A DNA stretch of 64,000 bases, taken from the NCBI RefSeq assembly GCF_018977255.1, contig NW_024704742.1, positions 744,001-808,000 of the forward strand, in the 5' to 3' direction. The stretch comes from Callorhinchus milii (taxonomy: Eukaryota). This document shows positions 1 to 12,757 of the stretch, one piece after another. The notes beneath the pieces were generated by a model that did no database searches, was not told where the DNA came from, and saw nothing but the letters and a program-made list of their open reading frames with translations. The position numbers and the translations under genes were made by a program. How positions within the stretch are numbered: the first letter of the stretch is position 1; the number at the start of each line of letters is the position of its first letter.

Positions 1-170
1 GGACACACCACACACACAGACACACATGGACACACAACACACACAGACACGACACACACAGACACGACACACACACACACACAGACAGACACACCACGTG
101 CACACACCCACACACACCACACGCACACACAGACACACACGCACAGACACGACACACACACATATACACC
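1..170. repeat. Imperfect (CA)n/(CAGA) microsatellite
   Basis: Direct reading; it explains the THTH-rich ORF 26..430. Confidence 0.95.
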
Positions 171-1129
171 CCAGACCAAGGATGGAGATAAGCAAGCGAT
201 ATGCTGGCCTATGCTGTGCGGGTGCAGGCAGGGATCCAGAGGACTTTGGGATGAATTATTTGAGCTCGATATCTGGAAGCAACGTGCACAGGCTTTCATT
301 GAAAAGCTTGCAATTAGCTGTTGAAATTAAGCCTCCTGGGTACAACATATCCTCTTGCTTCTCAAAGCACACATGCACCACTTCCTCTCGGCACACGTTT
401 CAAAACCTGGCTTTATTATTTCCAGATTGAACTTTGCCGGATTTCTATTCTCTTATCTGTTCCCGTCTTGCGCTTCTTTTGAGGTTTGAGGCTGTTTTTT
501 GATCCATCTGAATGTACAGTTCACAAAAATCACAGGAGGAGCCTGTCTGTAACATTGCCTTTGGGATTAATGAGGGCGAGGTCTGTTCTGTGAAAGGCTT
601 TTGATACGAGCGTTGCATTAATGAGAAGACCATAAACAATCTGTGCTGTGTCGGAAGTGATAGATCAGGGTTTGTTCCAGGGAGGGGTGCATTAGAAATG
701 AGAAGTGTTTTATAGGGGAGCCATAAACCATGTGTTACAGTGGAGATCGTGGGGATCAGAGAGGGGCTACTGTACATAGAGGGATCTTTAAATGCATCCT
801 TTGTAATTTGCCTTTCAAACACATTTTACAAGGTCCTGGTGCAGACGAATGCTGGTGCTGATGGGGTGTTATAATCATAGCCATAAAGGCTGGAAAATAA
901 GCAATTAAGTTGGAGGAGATGCTGCTCCCTTCTCCCTAAGCCTCTCTTTGTTCATACTGGTGCCTGCAGTCACTCCAGTACTCCTCTCCTTTTCCTCTCT
1001 GACTGCTGCTGAGATAAGAGTCTGAAGCCTCCAGCGAAGCACTGACACAAGCATTGCTCCCAGACCTCAGGCTCTGTAGAAGCATGCAGGGGATAATGCG
1101 AGACAGTTGCTTGAAGGACTGCAGTACTG

Positions 1130-1375
1130 GGGAAAGGGAAGGGAATTTCTCGCTCACAGTGTCCTGGCCAACAATCCCCCCCAAATAAAAATTGTGTCAC
1201 TGGCTCCACGACTGTTGGTGGGACGAGGCTGTGCGCAACTGGCTGCCGTGTTTCGCCCGCAAAATACCGTCAATCCACTTTACAGTACATCCTGTTTACG
1301 CTTTGTGATGTCTCAACAATGTGGTAGGGGTCTATATCAAATGCCAGTATTATTATAAGGTACCGAAAAGTATTA
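1130..1375 (+). mobile_element. 5'-truncated Deu-type SINE
   Basis: gtgtcctggccaac...ctgttggtgggacg...gctgtgcgcaactggctgccg...ctatatcaaatgccagtattatta matches the SINE 3' module repeated throughout the window. Confidence 0.7.
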
Positions 1376-1977
1376 TTATAAGGTACAGGCAACTAACCGT
1401 AACTTATTTAAGCCTTGTTTAATTGTGTATGGACCAAATAAGGGATATTCTGTTTTTTTATCCATTCGTGGAAATGGTGTCTCGAACAATCCGTGTGAAC
1501 GGAGCTTCGACGCTAGAAAAAATACCTGCTCAGGATGTAAGGTACGTCTCCTGAACAAAGCGTGTGGATTGGGGAGCACATGGGAGCTTGTCTCCGACCT
1601 TGGAGCCAAGCTCTAGCACATCAGCATGAAAGAAATATGGTTTAATGCAGGAGACAAATTTTACGTTCGAAGGTTCTTTTTCTTGTGGTTGCAGATTCCC
1701 CAATGAGAGGTCTTTCAGCCCCACTGGTTCCTCCAGCGAAACCACTATTTCTTTTTTTTAACTGAAGTCAAAGTTACTTTCAAACGTTTTGACAAGTTAA
1801 GTTAAGGACTTTGAGTCTTCACTTTGTGCGCATCCTAGTGTTGAAGTATCTGGGCTGCAAATGGTGTGCACCAGCAGATGTCTGAATACATAGAGAAACA
1901 GAGTTTTAATTCACGCTGTGGTTCTGTTTAAAGGTTGTTTCTATTCCCTCCTTCCTGTAACTGCTATTTGCATTTAT

Positions 1978-2339
1978 ATAATAATAATAATCATTCTTGC
2001 ATTTGACACAGCGCCTTATCACGTCTTCGAGAAGTCACAAAGCACTTCACAGAATACACTGTAAAGTGAATTGACGGTATATTTTGTGGGCAAAACGCGG
2101 CAGCCAATTGCACACAGCAGCGTCCCACAAACAGGCGTGGATTGAGTGACTAAATTTTGTTTTATTACCCCCGGATCCGCCATTCGACTAACAACCGGGT
2201 TCCTACTTGCTGCTGGATAAAAAGAGGTGTGTGTGTGTGGAGTAGGAAAACTTGCCCAATGCTTCACCCTGCCCAGGAATCAAACCCAAGTCTTCTCGCT
2301 TGCGAGGCGAGTGCTCTGGCCACTGAGCTACAGGACTCC
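1978..2339 (-). mobile_element. Full-length tRNA-Ala-derived SINE (family A)
   Basis: Minus strand reads ggagtcctgtagctcagtggccagagcactcgcctcgcaagcgag (A-box, anticodon arm), then the body and the tail gcgctgtgtcaaatgcaagaatg(att)n. Confidence 0.9.
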
Positions 2340-2879
2340 ATATAGCGCCCCTCACACAGAATAGCATCTCAGAGCGCTTGACAGTGGCTTTTCTTCCTTT
2401 TTCTTTTTTTTGTGTTTACTTGTGCTTTTTTCTTACCTCTTCTCACCTCCTTCTTCCTCCCTTCCCTCTTATCCTTCTCCTGCCACCCATAGTTATGTTA
2501 TAGTTACTTGGGTCAATTCCTCCAGTTTAAGCAGGATTCAGGCTCAGTTCCCATGAGGCCTGGGGCTATTGGCACAGTAACACAAAGCACTTCACAAGAC
2601 TCTTGTTTCTTTATTTGGTGGACACCAAATACTCTTCCTATATCCCAAGGCTGAGAGAGAGCAACCAGTGGGCGACTGACGCCAACAATTGGTGGGCTGG
2701 AAGGGAAGCAAATCCTTTATAGATTGTGGTTGACTGCTCCACCTCATCCCTTGCCCCAGTCATCGACAACTCGGACACATAACTCGTAGGAGAGTGCAGC
2801 TAGCCAACCAGCCAGCTCTTTGGCACATTAACAGACCCGAGTTGTGTACAGTTTGTTTAAGTTTGTTCTTCAAATTATA

Positions 2880-3070
2880 CGTCTGCAACAAATTACAGGC
2901 TGAGAGCATAACAACATTTAAAAGAGAATTAGACAAACATTTGAAGGGGAACAATATAAAAGGGTACGGGGAAAGAATAGAAACTGGAGACCACAGCAGT
3001 CAGCTCCATAGGAAAAGCTGGCACCAGCTTAAGCTTGATGAGCCAAATGGCCTCTTCCATGGTTCGTTTC
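2880..3070 (+). mobile_element. CR1 LINE 3' end fragment
   Basis: Translates as AESITTFKRELDKHLKGNNIKGYG, typical of the CR1 ORF2 C-terminus, followed by a gagccaaatggcctcttcc 3'-UTR-like motif. Confidence 0.75.
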
Positions 3071-4634
3071 TGTGATTCAAGGACCCAACTTTGGCTCTGA
3101 ATTTAAGTATTCATTAAGTGTTACATATGTATTATGTGACTATACTGCACTATCCTACAGTGAGTGGGGGGGAGGGGAAGGTTTTTTTGAAACTGGATTG
3201 GCTCCAAGGTGACATGCTTGGCAATGGATTGCCAGATTGGAGTCCACACCTCTGGTGGTCTCAGTAATCCGGTTCCTGAGCCTGGAAGGCCCACAGTCTC
3301 CCAGGGCATTGCTGATGACAGCCCAGCCCTCTCATGGTAAAACAGCTTTTGACACAACACACAATTTCTGGGCTCATCACATGAAAAACGGTCACTTGGG
3401 CAAGACTGCCAAGACTCATGGAACAGTACCCCGGGGTGAGGAAGGGGGGGTGGAATATCTTAACACAGCTGAGGCGTGATATTCCCAACAGTGCGGTGTG
3501 TGAGCATTGGAAGCAACTCTATTAGTTTCACAAAAGCAGTGCTCCCGATATCCGCAGTGCACCATTGCAAAACATACACCTGGAATGAATCTGCTTATTT
3601 GGTTGAATGTATTCAAGTTTCAGGCCCACCGCACCTATAAGGTATTATTTTCACTGGTGGAAATTAGATCAGGTCTTTTAGTGTGCCTGGTTGTATAAAC
3701 GGATTGTGAGCATTCAGGATGTCAACAGCTGGTTGAATTGCTTGTGCTGAAATGTGTTGTTCCTCATTCCTTATCAAAACACAGGCTGGAATGGCCAACG
3801 CTGACCCAAGGCAGAGCTACGTTTAATTATTTCATCGCTAAATGTTGAGGGTTTCTCTTATCGCCCACGTTTGTGGAAATGGCTCAGTTGGAGCATTGAA
3901 CATAGCGGCTCGCTTTCCCTCCACAAGCATGCACTTGCAATAGAGGAGCCGTGAAGGACCGATTTGCCCACAGGATTCTTAGCTCAGACATCAGGAGACA
4001 CTCCCTTATTTTGTTCAATAGTATCACAGGATCTTTGACGTTCATCTGAAGAATAGGTAGAGAGGACCTCGTTTTAAGGTCTCTCCAAGGGTAGCCAGAG
4101 ATCTTGAGGCATTGAGAACATTAATGTACTCATTCCGAGGGGGTTGGTGAGAGAAGAGAAGTGGAATGAGTGATATTGAGGCCTGCCTCTATAATTGTAT
4201 TGTCTATGTCTCAGGAAGAGGTGTGGTGTCTCGTGCCTGCAGTAAAACTGATGACACAGTATGATAGACAGCACTACAGAGACGAGGAGGAATTTATAGT
4301 TACCTGAAGGCAATACAAGCCCATGATGAAAGGTATTTTAAATGTAAGGCTAATTCATGGTGAAATAAAAACGTTTAGAAGCGTCTTGCGTCTGCTTCAG
4401 ATTTTACATGATTAAAACCAGCTCCCGAGCTTTGAGTTGAAAACTCAATGTATCGTTGGCAATACCGTGGGGCAGGAGAGTCATTGGATTCAAAGAGAAA
4501 TCTAGGTTACACTGTGTCTCAGTGCTTTCATCCATTTAGGTTTTTGCATTCTAACATATTAATAACCTTTACATTTGATGTAGGGCCTATGATACTGAAA
4601 CGTCAAAAAAGTGCTTCATAGGGAATTACAAAAT

Positions 4635-5160
4635 ACAGATATCTGTACAGTACCTTTCACATTGGGACGTCCCAAGGCTCTGGACAATCAGAGATTTGGA
4701 CTTGAGCAGGGTGGGGATTGGGGTAAGGGATGCTGGAGGGTAGGAGGGTGGCTGGAGGTGCGGTCGAAGAGGAGGTTCTTGAAACATACCTTGAAGGGAA
4801 TGTGGGATGGAGTTCCAAAGGGTGGGGGCAGAGAGGCTGAAAGCCCGACCTCCGATGGTGGGGTGGGCCGGGCGGGGGACGTGGAGCAGTCCGGAGTCTG
4901 CTGAGCGGACAGGATGATATGGGGTTAGCGGGTCACAGAGGTAGGCTGTGGAGGGCCTTGAAAGCGAGGATGAGGATTTTGAAATCTATCCTCTGGGGGG
5001 CGGGGAGCCAGTGGGAGCGAGCGAGGGTGCGGGTGATAGGGTCACAGAGCCTGGTGCGGGAGAGGGCAAACGCTGCAGAGTTCTGGATGATCAGCATCTT
5101 GTGGAAGGAAGAGTCAGGGAGGCCGACAAGCAGGGAGTTGGCGTGGTCGATAAATGCATG
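4635..5160 (-). mobile_element. L2 LINE 3' fragment (ORF2 C-terminus, 3' UTR and tail)
   Basis: Minus strand translates as IQNSAAFALSRTRLCDPITRTLARSHWLPAPQRIDFKILILAFKALH (L2-type LHWLP...RIxFKIL), and ends in ccttgggacgtcccaatgtgaaaggtactgtaca. Confidence 0.85.
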
Positions 5161-6529
5161 GATGAATTATTTTCACTTCCAGATGTATGAAGTGACACCC
5201 AATTTTAAATGTACACTTAATAGCGTTTTAACTTTGTGTTCTTATTTACCTGCCCCCCCCCCCCCCCCTCCCCCCCACCCGAAAGTCATGATGATTTGGC
5301 AGAAAGTCTGAGGAACTTAAATCAAAAACAATGACACACAGTACCAGGAATACTACACAAGGAGCCGCATGCTTCATGGAAATGCTTCCTTTTATATCCA
5401 AAGCATTCCTGAGCAGTGCACTCGGATCCGGGAAGCACATCCTCAGTCTGGGACGTTGCATAACATGGAAGCCGAAAGCTGCTGTGTGAAATGGGTGATC
5501 AGACTTAAACGAAAACGTTGGCTTTGGATTCTTTAGCCTTTACTCAGGAAACGCGACACATATCGCTTTGTTTGCTCCTGAGAATTGTAGGAATCTTTAC
5601 TGCTATTTAATGAGGGTCGTCTGTCCTCTTGTGCCCCAGAGTGTTCAGAGCAATGAGTTAACCAACTTGAGTTTTCCGTTCACCTTGCCTCTTCCGAGCC
5701 GAATTCTCTGCCCCCTTGTTCAGTTTGTGACTATTTGAAGCGTTTTATTTGGATTCAGCTTGCCTGCATTCTTTAGGACCTTTCCGTAGGATCAAACGCC
5801 CCTGAGCATGTGAGTTTTCCCAGTTTCCGTAGCCTCTCCTCGTTACTCCCAGGCCGTTTATACACACAGATCAAAGAGAACGTGCAAGCCGAGGTATTCC
5901 ACGCTCCCAATGGCTCCAATCTACCAGGCTTCATCATATCTCACTGTGAAATCACTTCACTTGGAGGACAGAAGAATGCCTGACTGCATTCACGTGAATG
6001 CCAGGTAATCTCAAGTCGTTTCCTGAGCTGTTATTATACAAAACATTTTTGTCATTAATTCACCCCCCTCCCAGCCCCCTCTGTGTGCTTGGGATTTCTT
6101 CGATTATGAACATATCTTTCCGCAAGTTCCCTTGGCATTTTCTATTCTAAAGTAATTACGGTTCATGTAGCCTATAATTTGATACTTCCATTATAGTTTG
6201 GATTTCCTGAGAAAATTCTTTGCGTCACATCTGTGGAGTTTTGTCTGGTACCTTGACAGATGTCTTACTAAAGGACCTGATGGCTTGTGACAGTTACATT
6301 ATTGTTAATTGTTAATGTGCCATTGACGGAGAGCCTGCTTTCTATCAACCCTTCCTTCGCTCTCATCCACTATTTGCTGAGTACGAGGACCGACCACCAC
6401 ATGAGTGATTGTTCAATGATTGTGGTTGTGCCTAATAAAATTAAATCGCTGTTTAGTTTCTGCACTCATTTTGAATCTGGGGTTTAAACTCGACCGCCTC
6501 AGGTACATAAATGAATATTATCCAAGAAA

Positions 6530-6860
6530 TGTGAGTTGTTAGCCTGACTCAGGGAGGTACCACTCTTGTCTTGGGTTGGAAGATGGTAAGTTTAAGTCCC
6601 ATGTTGAGACTTGGAGCTCACAGTTTTTAGGCTAATCCTCAAATGCAGCGCTGGGGATGCTCTGTCTGTTCAGGTTTATATGTCGTTAAATATCCCACAA
6701 CACTATTCGGAAAAGAAGATTGACGAAACAATTAACCAAAAAAAGTTGGTCGCTCACTGTCACTACACTTTATAAAAAAAGTGTTTTGAAGCTCTTTGAG
6801 GTATTCTCAACCTTATAGGCTCTTTATCAAGTGCAGTGTAATCTAAAAATAATAATAATA
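6530..6860 (+). mobile_element. Highly diverged Deu-type SINE
   Basis: Degraded tRNA-like head (agcctgactcagggaggtaccactcttg...), ctgtctgttcagg...atcccacaacactattcg, and a degraded tail. Confidence 0.5.
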
Positions 6861-7704
6861 AACAATGAAATTCTTTCACTAAACATTTATTGGTGCTACC
6901 TCTATATTCTGATGCTTATGATTGGAGATTAAAACGGATTTTAAGAATTTTTGCAAAATTCTGCACAAATTAAACCTTACAAAACCGTTTTTAAGCCCTA
7001 ATTGACCTGAGGAATTTTGGGGCCGTTAGCTAAACAGCGCTGCTGCTGGTTGTGGTTTTTGTGTTGCTGATTTTATGGAAGGTGTTTAAGGCAAGTGTGT
7101 TTTGTGCACTGTACGTCGGTTATGTTAGAGGAGGCAGATCCAGAACCAGTACCGGCATTGCTGTGGTCTGAGGCTGCCACAGTAACCTGCTAACTACCCG
7201 CTGGGGTGATGAATGAGCTTGTGCCACCTTGCAGGTGGAGGGGAGCGAGACGAGTCGAGACATCTGCCACTGCATCCGTCTTGCCCTGTGCCCAGGTATT
7301 ACTGTCGCCATGGAGCGAGTGCCAGTGCTTTACAGGCCCCTTTTTGGCCGAAGGAAGTAAATGAAAGTCAAGCGGTCTGGACGTGTTAGGCCACAGGTTT
7401 CCGAACAGCCTGGCCGCAGGTTTGAGCCCTTGGCCGGCTGCCACACCACTCAACCTACTAGAGTTGGCCCGGGTTGTCTCGTGTCTCCTGGGGTGGGACA
7501 GTCTGGAGTGTTCAAGCTCCGGAGGCAGAGAGCACATCTTTCTCTTCTCTGCAGGACATTTCTCGTTGGTCGCCTACGGAAACACAGATGTCTTAGCGAT
7601 GAATCGTCGAAGGGCAGAATTGGTTCACATCTTTTCTTTTAACTTTTATCTTATTCTCCAGATGTTCCTCTCCTCTTCCTCTCCTGAAGGTGTTTCAGCT
7701 CCTT

Positions 7705-7825
7705 TAATAATAATAATAATAATTGTTGCATTCGATACAGCGCCGTATTAGATAATTGAGACGGTTCAAAACACTTCACAGAATATACTATAAAGTGCAT
7801 TGATTGTGTATTTTGTGGCGAAGTT
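7705..7825 (-). mobile_element. SINE 3' tail fragment
   Basis: (ata)n-ttgcattcgatacagcgcc...cttcacagaatatactataaagtg. Confidence 0.8.
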
Positions 7826-8459
7826 AATTTACTGGGATACAGTCCCATCAATGCCACCGGTATCTCATCCCAAAGGACACATTATTTATGTGTAAATACT
7901 CCTCTATGAAACTCTCTCCCTAAGACTCATAGATTCAGTGAAATCATTTCATTGCTTATTATTATTATCATATTATTCTTACCTATTAGTGCTTATTAAT
8001 AATTATTAATGAAACAATCTACTAATTATTAATAGTAATAAACCTTGCCTTTGATATAGAGCCTATATAAGGTTGAGAACATCTCAAAGGGCTTCAAAAC
8101 ATTTTTTTTTAAAACAACGTGCGGTTACTGTGTATTCAGTAGGTGAGTGTGGCAGCCAGTCGTCCCAAAACAGTCCCTCGGTGAGTGGCCAATTACCTGA
8201 GTCTCTCTGCTTTCAAACCCTATCTAAAACCTACCTCTTTGAGTGCGCCTTCGGTCATCTCCCGCCGACCCCTGAACCCACCATTTCCCACTCAGCTCAA
8301 CTCCCCAGCGTCTATCTCCGCAGGACAAGTTATTTTAACGGTGTGAAAAGCTAACGCGACTCGTGCAAGTAATTATTGCGCAAGTGAGAGTTTGGCGTTT
8401 GATTTGAAACCAGTAATGAAGGTGATATCTGAGACGTTTTCACTTAAAGGTAGTGTTAA

Positions 8460-8660
8460 GGATGTAGGTTCTAAGAAAAAAATTCGAAAACAGGGTAAGT
8501 GAGAGGAAGTGAGGCAGAGGGATTTGGGGAGACAGGTCCAGAGAGCGGGGACATCGTGATTGTAGGCTTTGCTGCCAACGTTGGACTGAAGGTGGGAGGG
8601 CAGTGGACTGGGGTTTGTAGAGCGGAGGTTGTGTGTGAGAGATTGGGATTGGAAATTATT
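8460..8660 (-). mobile_element. Diverged L2 3' fragment
   Basis: Resembles the L2 3' ends at 4635-5160 and 18885-19345 (minus-strand PALWTCLPKSL). Confidence 0.55.
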
Positions 8661-8892
8661 ACACAGGTAACGATGCACAGCTTCAATATAGCTGCTCCAG
8701 CAGTTCTCAGAGGATCTGGGTGAGTGCTGACCTCTCTCCCAATTATTATTATGACTGTTCAGTTGGTTACATTATTCTTGCTTGGCTTCTGCGATTCAGC
8801 CACAAAATATGCAGTCTCTTCGCTTTACAATATATTCTGTGAAGCGCTCTGAGACATCTTGAAGACATGGAGTCCTGTATCGAAGACATCGT

Positions 8893-9219
8893 GGAGTCCT
8901 GTAGCTCAGTGGTTAGAGCACTCGCTTTGCAAGTGAGAGACCTGAGTTCAATCCCCAGCAGGTCAGGGGGAAACCTTGGGCAAGTTTCCTTACTCCACAC
9001 ACCTAATAATAATCCCTCCAAAACCCAAAACAATAATAAATTGGTCATTTTCAATCCATGACTGTTTGTGGGACATTGCTGTGCGCAATTGGCTGCCGCG
9101 TCCTCCCACAAATATACAGTCAATTCACTTTACAGTGTGTTCTGTGAAGCGCTTTGGGATGTCCTCCCGACGTGAAAAGCGCTATATCAAATGCAAGGAT
9201 TATTATTATTATTATTATT
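8893..9219 (+). mobile_element. Young full-length family A SINE (short subfamily), nested in an older SINE tail
   Basis: ggagtcctgtagctcagtggttagagcactcgctttgcaagtgagagacctgagttcaatccc (A-box, TGC anticodon loop, B-box) through gcgctatatcaaatgcaagg(att)n. Nearly identical to 33494-33820 (-). Confidence 0.93.
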
Positions 9220-10659
9220 ATGATAAGGCGCTATAACAAATGCAAGGATTATTATTATTCAAACAATAGTCCAAAGAGTTAACCAGATAACTGAAGGATT
9301 GAGGGCTCAGGTCAAGTACAATCATGACTCGGTTCTTGGCAACAGCCTTATTTCAACACCTATTAGTCTTATGTAAAACTGTACCTTATAATAATCCCAA
9401 GCAAACACAGTCACCCTTTCCTGTAACAATTACTGGAGTATGTTTACACTGTAAACTGAATTAAGCAGATCCATTTGAAACAACGTTGGCTTTGAAAGAT
9501 ACCAGGCAAAAGGAAAAGGGGGTGGGGGGTGGTTACACTCTGAAACCCTTCCTGTTGAGTTGCGCTCTGTAGGTCTCCAGAGGGGAATCATTTAGAGAAA
9601 AGGAGGGTTGTTCAACAGGAGGTCAGCCCTCTGGCGCTCCTCCCTACAGAGTTTAGTGCTCCTCTCAGCAGCCGTTAGTGCTCCTCCCAGGACCGGTCTG
9701 GGATGGGGGCAGGGGCTTAGGTCCCAACAATTGGGCTCTATCCTCCTAAGTTAGGGAGTAGAAAATGATAGTCAATGATTTCGCCTCCTGGAATGCTTGT
9801 GTTCCTATGTTCTTATAAATACAGTCACTACACTGAACTGTAATAACCGTGAAGCACTTTGATATGTTTCAACATTGTATGCCCTGCATCAAATGTATGG
9901 ATGATTTATTTATTACTTCAGTAAGGGAGTGGGATTAACTGGTCTTGTATTTTAGTGGAAACTCCGAAGAGTAAATTTGCCATTCTGTCGAGACTCAAAA
10001 CTAAACCCCGAGCCCATTGTTTAAATGCTTGTTTTCTTTTATGAGTGAAAATTTATTCCATCTGGTCGGTAAAGTAAGTGGGGTGGATGTGCGTCCTTCA
10101 CCCTCTTTGACGCAAATCCTTGAACTAAAACCATTCTTCCCTTGGAATTGGCCCAACGTTACTATTTCTGCTCTGGTTTGAGTCATTTGAGAAATTCCTA
10201 TGTGAATGCCTTTGGGTTGTTTGCCAAGATTTTGAACTGCTTCTCTTACCGGAACTTTTATATGTGTGTATTATATATATATATGTGTATGTGCGTGTGT
10301 GTGTCTTGCTGGAAGGAAGTCCTGTACTTGGAATCTGCAGACATCCTGCTATGTGACATGATTTCTTTCTTTCCAGTGAAGGAAGTTTAGGATCTAAGAA
10401 ATAAAATCTAGGCTGAGTATTGTGTAATGATGAAGTATCCGCTAGGAAATTTGTGTTAGTTTCAAATCCATGAGGAGTAGAAGAGCGTAAACCTCAGTAT
10501 CTTAACAACAACTCGGTTCTGACTGTAAAATAAGTGACTCTTTCTGGGAAAGAATTTGAGACTTCTTTAGCACCGCAAAGTAAAATTAATAATCCTCCCA
10601 GTGCCATTCACGTCAGGAGGATAACTTAAAATGCTTCCCAGAATTTACTGTACACCAGA

Positions 10660-10840
10660 GGAAACTCCCTTCTCTTTCCAAATCCCATCATGGGATCTTT
10701 AACATCCACCTGAACCGGCAGACGGGATCTCGGTTCAACATCTTGTTCCAAAGGACGGCACTTCCAACAATGCAGTGGTTTCCCCCATCGCTGTATTGGA
10801 GAGTCAGTCTCGACAATGTGAGTCCAAAGTCCTGACGTGG
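10660..10840 (-). mobile_element. Deu-domain SINE fragment
   Basis: Minus strand: gtgccgtcctttggaacaagatgttgaaccgagatcccgtctgccggttcaggtggatgttaaagatcccatg, which resembles the Deu core. Confidence 0.8.
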
Positions 10841-12639
10841 GGCAAAAGTTACAAAAAAAGACAAATGCAGTGAAAGAACGAAAGCCTCAGAATGTCTAAG
10901 TGACACAAAATACCCAGTGCTGTACGGGTAAGTGACTTTCCGTCAATGGTAGCACAGTTGTTAGTACAACTTTGTACACAACGTTGTGTGAAGGACCATA
11001 CGAGTGGTCCTTGTGTTGGTGGGTGAGAGCCTGGACAGTTTTGTCAAGAGCCAAAGCGCTGGCTATAGCCATTGATTGATTCGTACCACATTTGACGTAG
11101 AAAGCCCCTCCGTTTTTAAAGCAGGTTTCGACGCGTTCTGACGCTTTTGAACAGTTCTGGTGCCACAGGTTCCGTCCAAACCCTCTCAGGCTTTTTGAGA
11201 AGTCCCACTGAACGCCGAGATGCAAAAGGGCTAACTTTAGTGCTCAGGGTTAAACAAAGTGCAAAATTCTCAAGTACGTCTTACCTTGTGAAAACATTGG
11301 CAGACTGTGACGTTAGTGCAACTAACTGGATGGCGTTGGGCCACATTCCTTGCTTTCTTAGAAACAGTTGGTGGAGGAAGTAGCTTAATTAGTACATAAA
11401 CATTGTCCTGCAGTGCAACTCCAATTAGTGCATGTTGGCTCCGCTTCAGCTATAAACATGAGACCAAGTTAGAAGCACATGTCAGTTTTCTTCCAAACAG
11501 TTTATTAAAACCTTCATGGCCTCTGGGACAGTTGTGGAAACAGTTTAGCCCAAGAGACAGAAACCAATAACACTGCAGTAAAATAGTCATAGCAGACAAA
11601 CGGCAGAGACGTTTTATCAAAACCAAACAAAAGAGCGAGGGCTGGAGAGCTCGCCTGCGATCTCTGTTGCAGCCAGCCCGACTGACACACTTTATTATCC
11701 TCTGTGCAGTTATTACAGGTGGAGCAGGAGCACGTTGACCTGGGAGCGTGATACACTTTTCCCTGGCACTTTGCATAAAATGCTTTGTAATTTAAACTTA
11801 ACAGCCACACGCTGTTCAGGAATGTGAAAGCCAGGTTTATCTCGAAAACTTCCCCCCCCCCCTCACCCCCCTCCCCTTTTCCCCCAGCCGCTGGCAGATA
11901 TAAAGAAAGGTTAAAATCATAAATTTATCGGCGTGGATTCTGACCAATTTAAGGAAAACTGAAGCCAAGTGGCAAAGTCAGTCAGTCTCTCCGTTGTGCC
12001 TGGTCCTGTGCTTTCTACTGTGGCTGTTTTTTGTTGCTGTTTGTTAATCTCATTGGCAGAGCAGTGAGTTGGTGTCTGTGGGCTTATCTGGGCTTCTATT
12101 GGGAACTGCTGTGAACGGCAGGTATCTGCTATCATTACACACTGGGACTTGTGGCTTCTCTGATTTACTATCTGGATGGGAGTGTTGCCGCGCAGGGAAC
12201 GACTTTGACAGGAAGCACCCATCAAAATAAAACCTGCTTCCAATTATACAAATACGCTCGTATCTGGGCTGTTTCGACACTAAAAGATTTCGCGGCCAAA
12301 ACAAATTCAGAGACAAAGTGTTTATGACAAAATAAGTCTAACAAAGTGAAGTGGCTTCTTGCTAATTTAATCCTGAGGGCGCCAGCTGGCACGTGCCAAG
12401 TCCTGTCTCTCGATCAACCGATCCTATTGTTTACACTCTCTTCTCCAGTGCCCGACCCTCCTCGAGGCTTTTTGGGCTCCTTTTCCCTTGAAGGTTGTGT
12501 GGCACTAGTTGCCCTCTTGCACTTTACAGCCACATTCTCCACATGGTGAGTCCAGGAGGCACTGAGGGTCAGCAGGCAATTCAACTGCAATGTGTCCTTG
12601 TCCAGACAGTAGTCTTTCCTCGGTCTCCTCCCTACCCCT

Positions 12640-12757
12640 GCCCTCTACTCTTTCCTGATCCCAACCCCCAGCTCGGGTCCAAAACCCTGACTGTCCAGCT
12701 CCTTGGGACGTCCTCCCGGCGTGAAAGCTGCTGTACAAATGTAATTTGTTGTTGTTT
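12640..12757 (+). mobile_element. L2 3' UTR/tail fragment ending in (TTG)n
   Basis: ccttgggacgtcctcccggcgtgaaagctgctgtacaaatgtaatttgttgttgtt; the upstream part matches the 3' UTR of the L2 at 4635-4730. Confidence 0.75.

Noticed and set aside
8893..8965. tRNA-Ala gene (also at the other family A heads)
   Set aside because: There is no proper acceptor stem or terminator, and each head continues into the SINE body and tail.
8976..9236. Recurrent short ORFs ending in [12 protein letters not shown] or ALYQMQGLLLLL, suggesting a peptide family
   Set aside because: These are translations of the SINE tail and (TTA)n in different frames.
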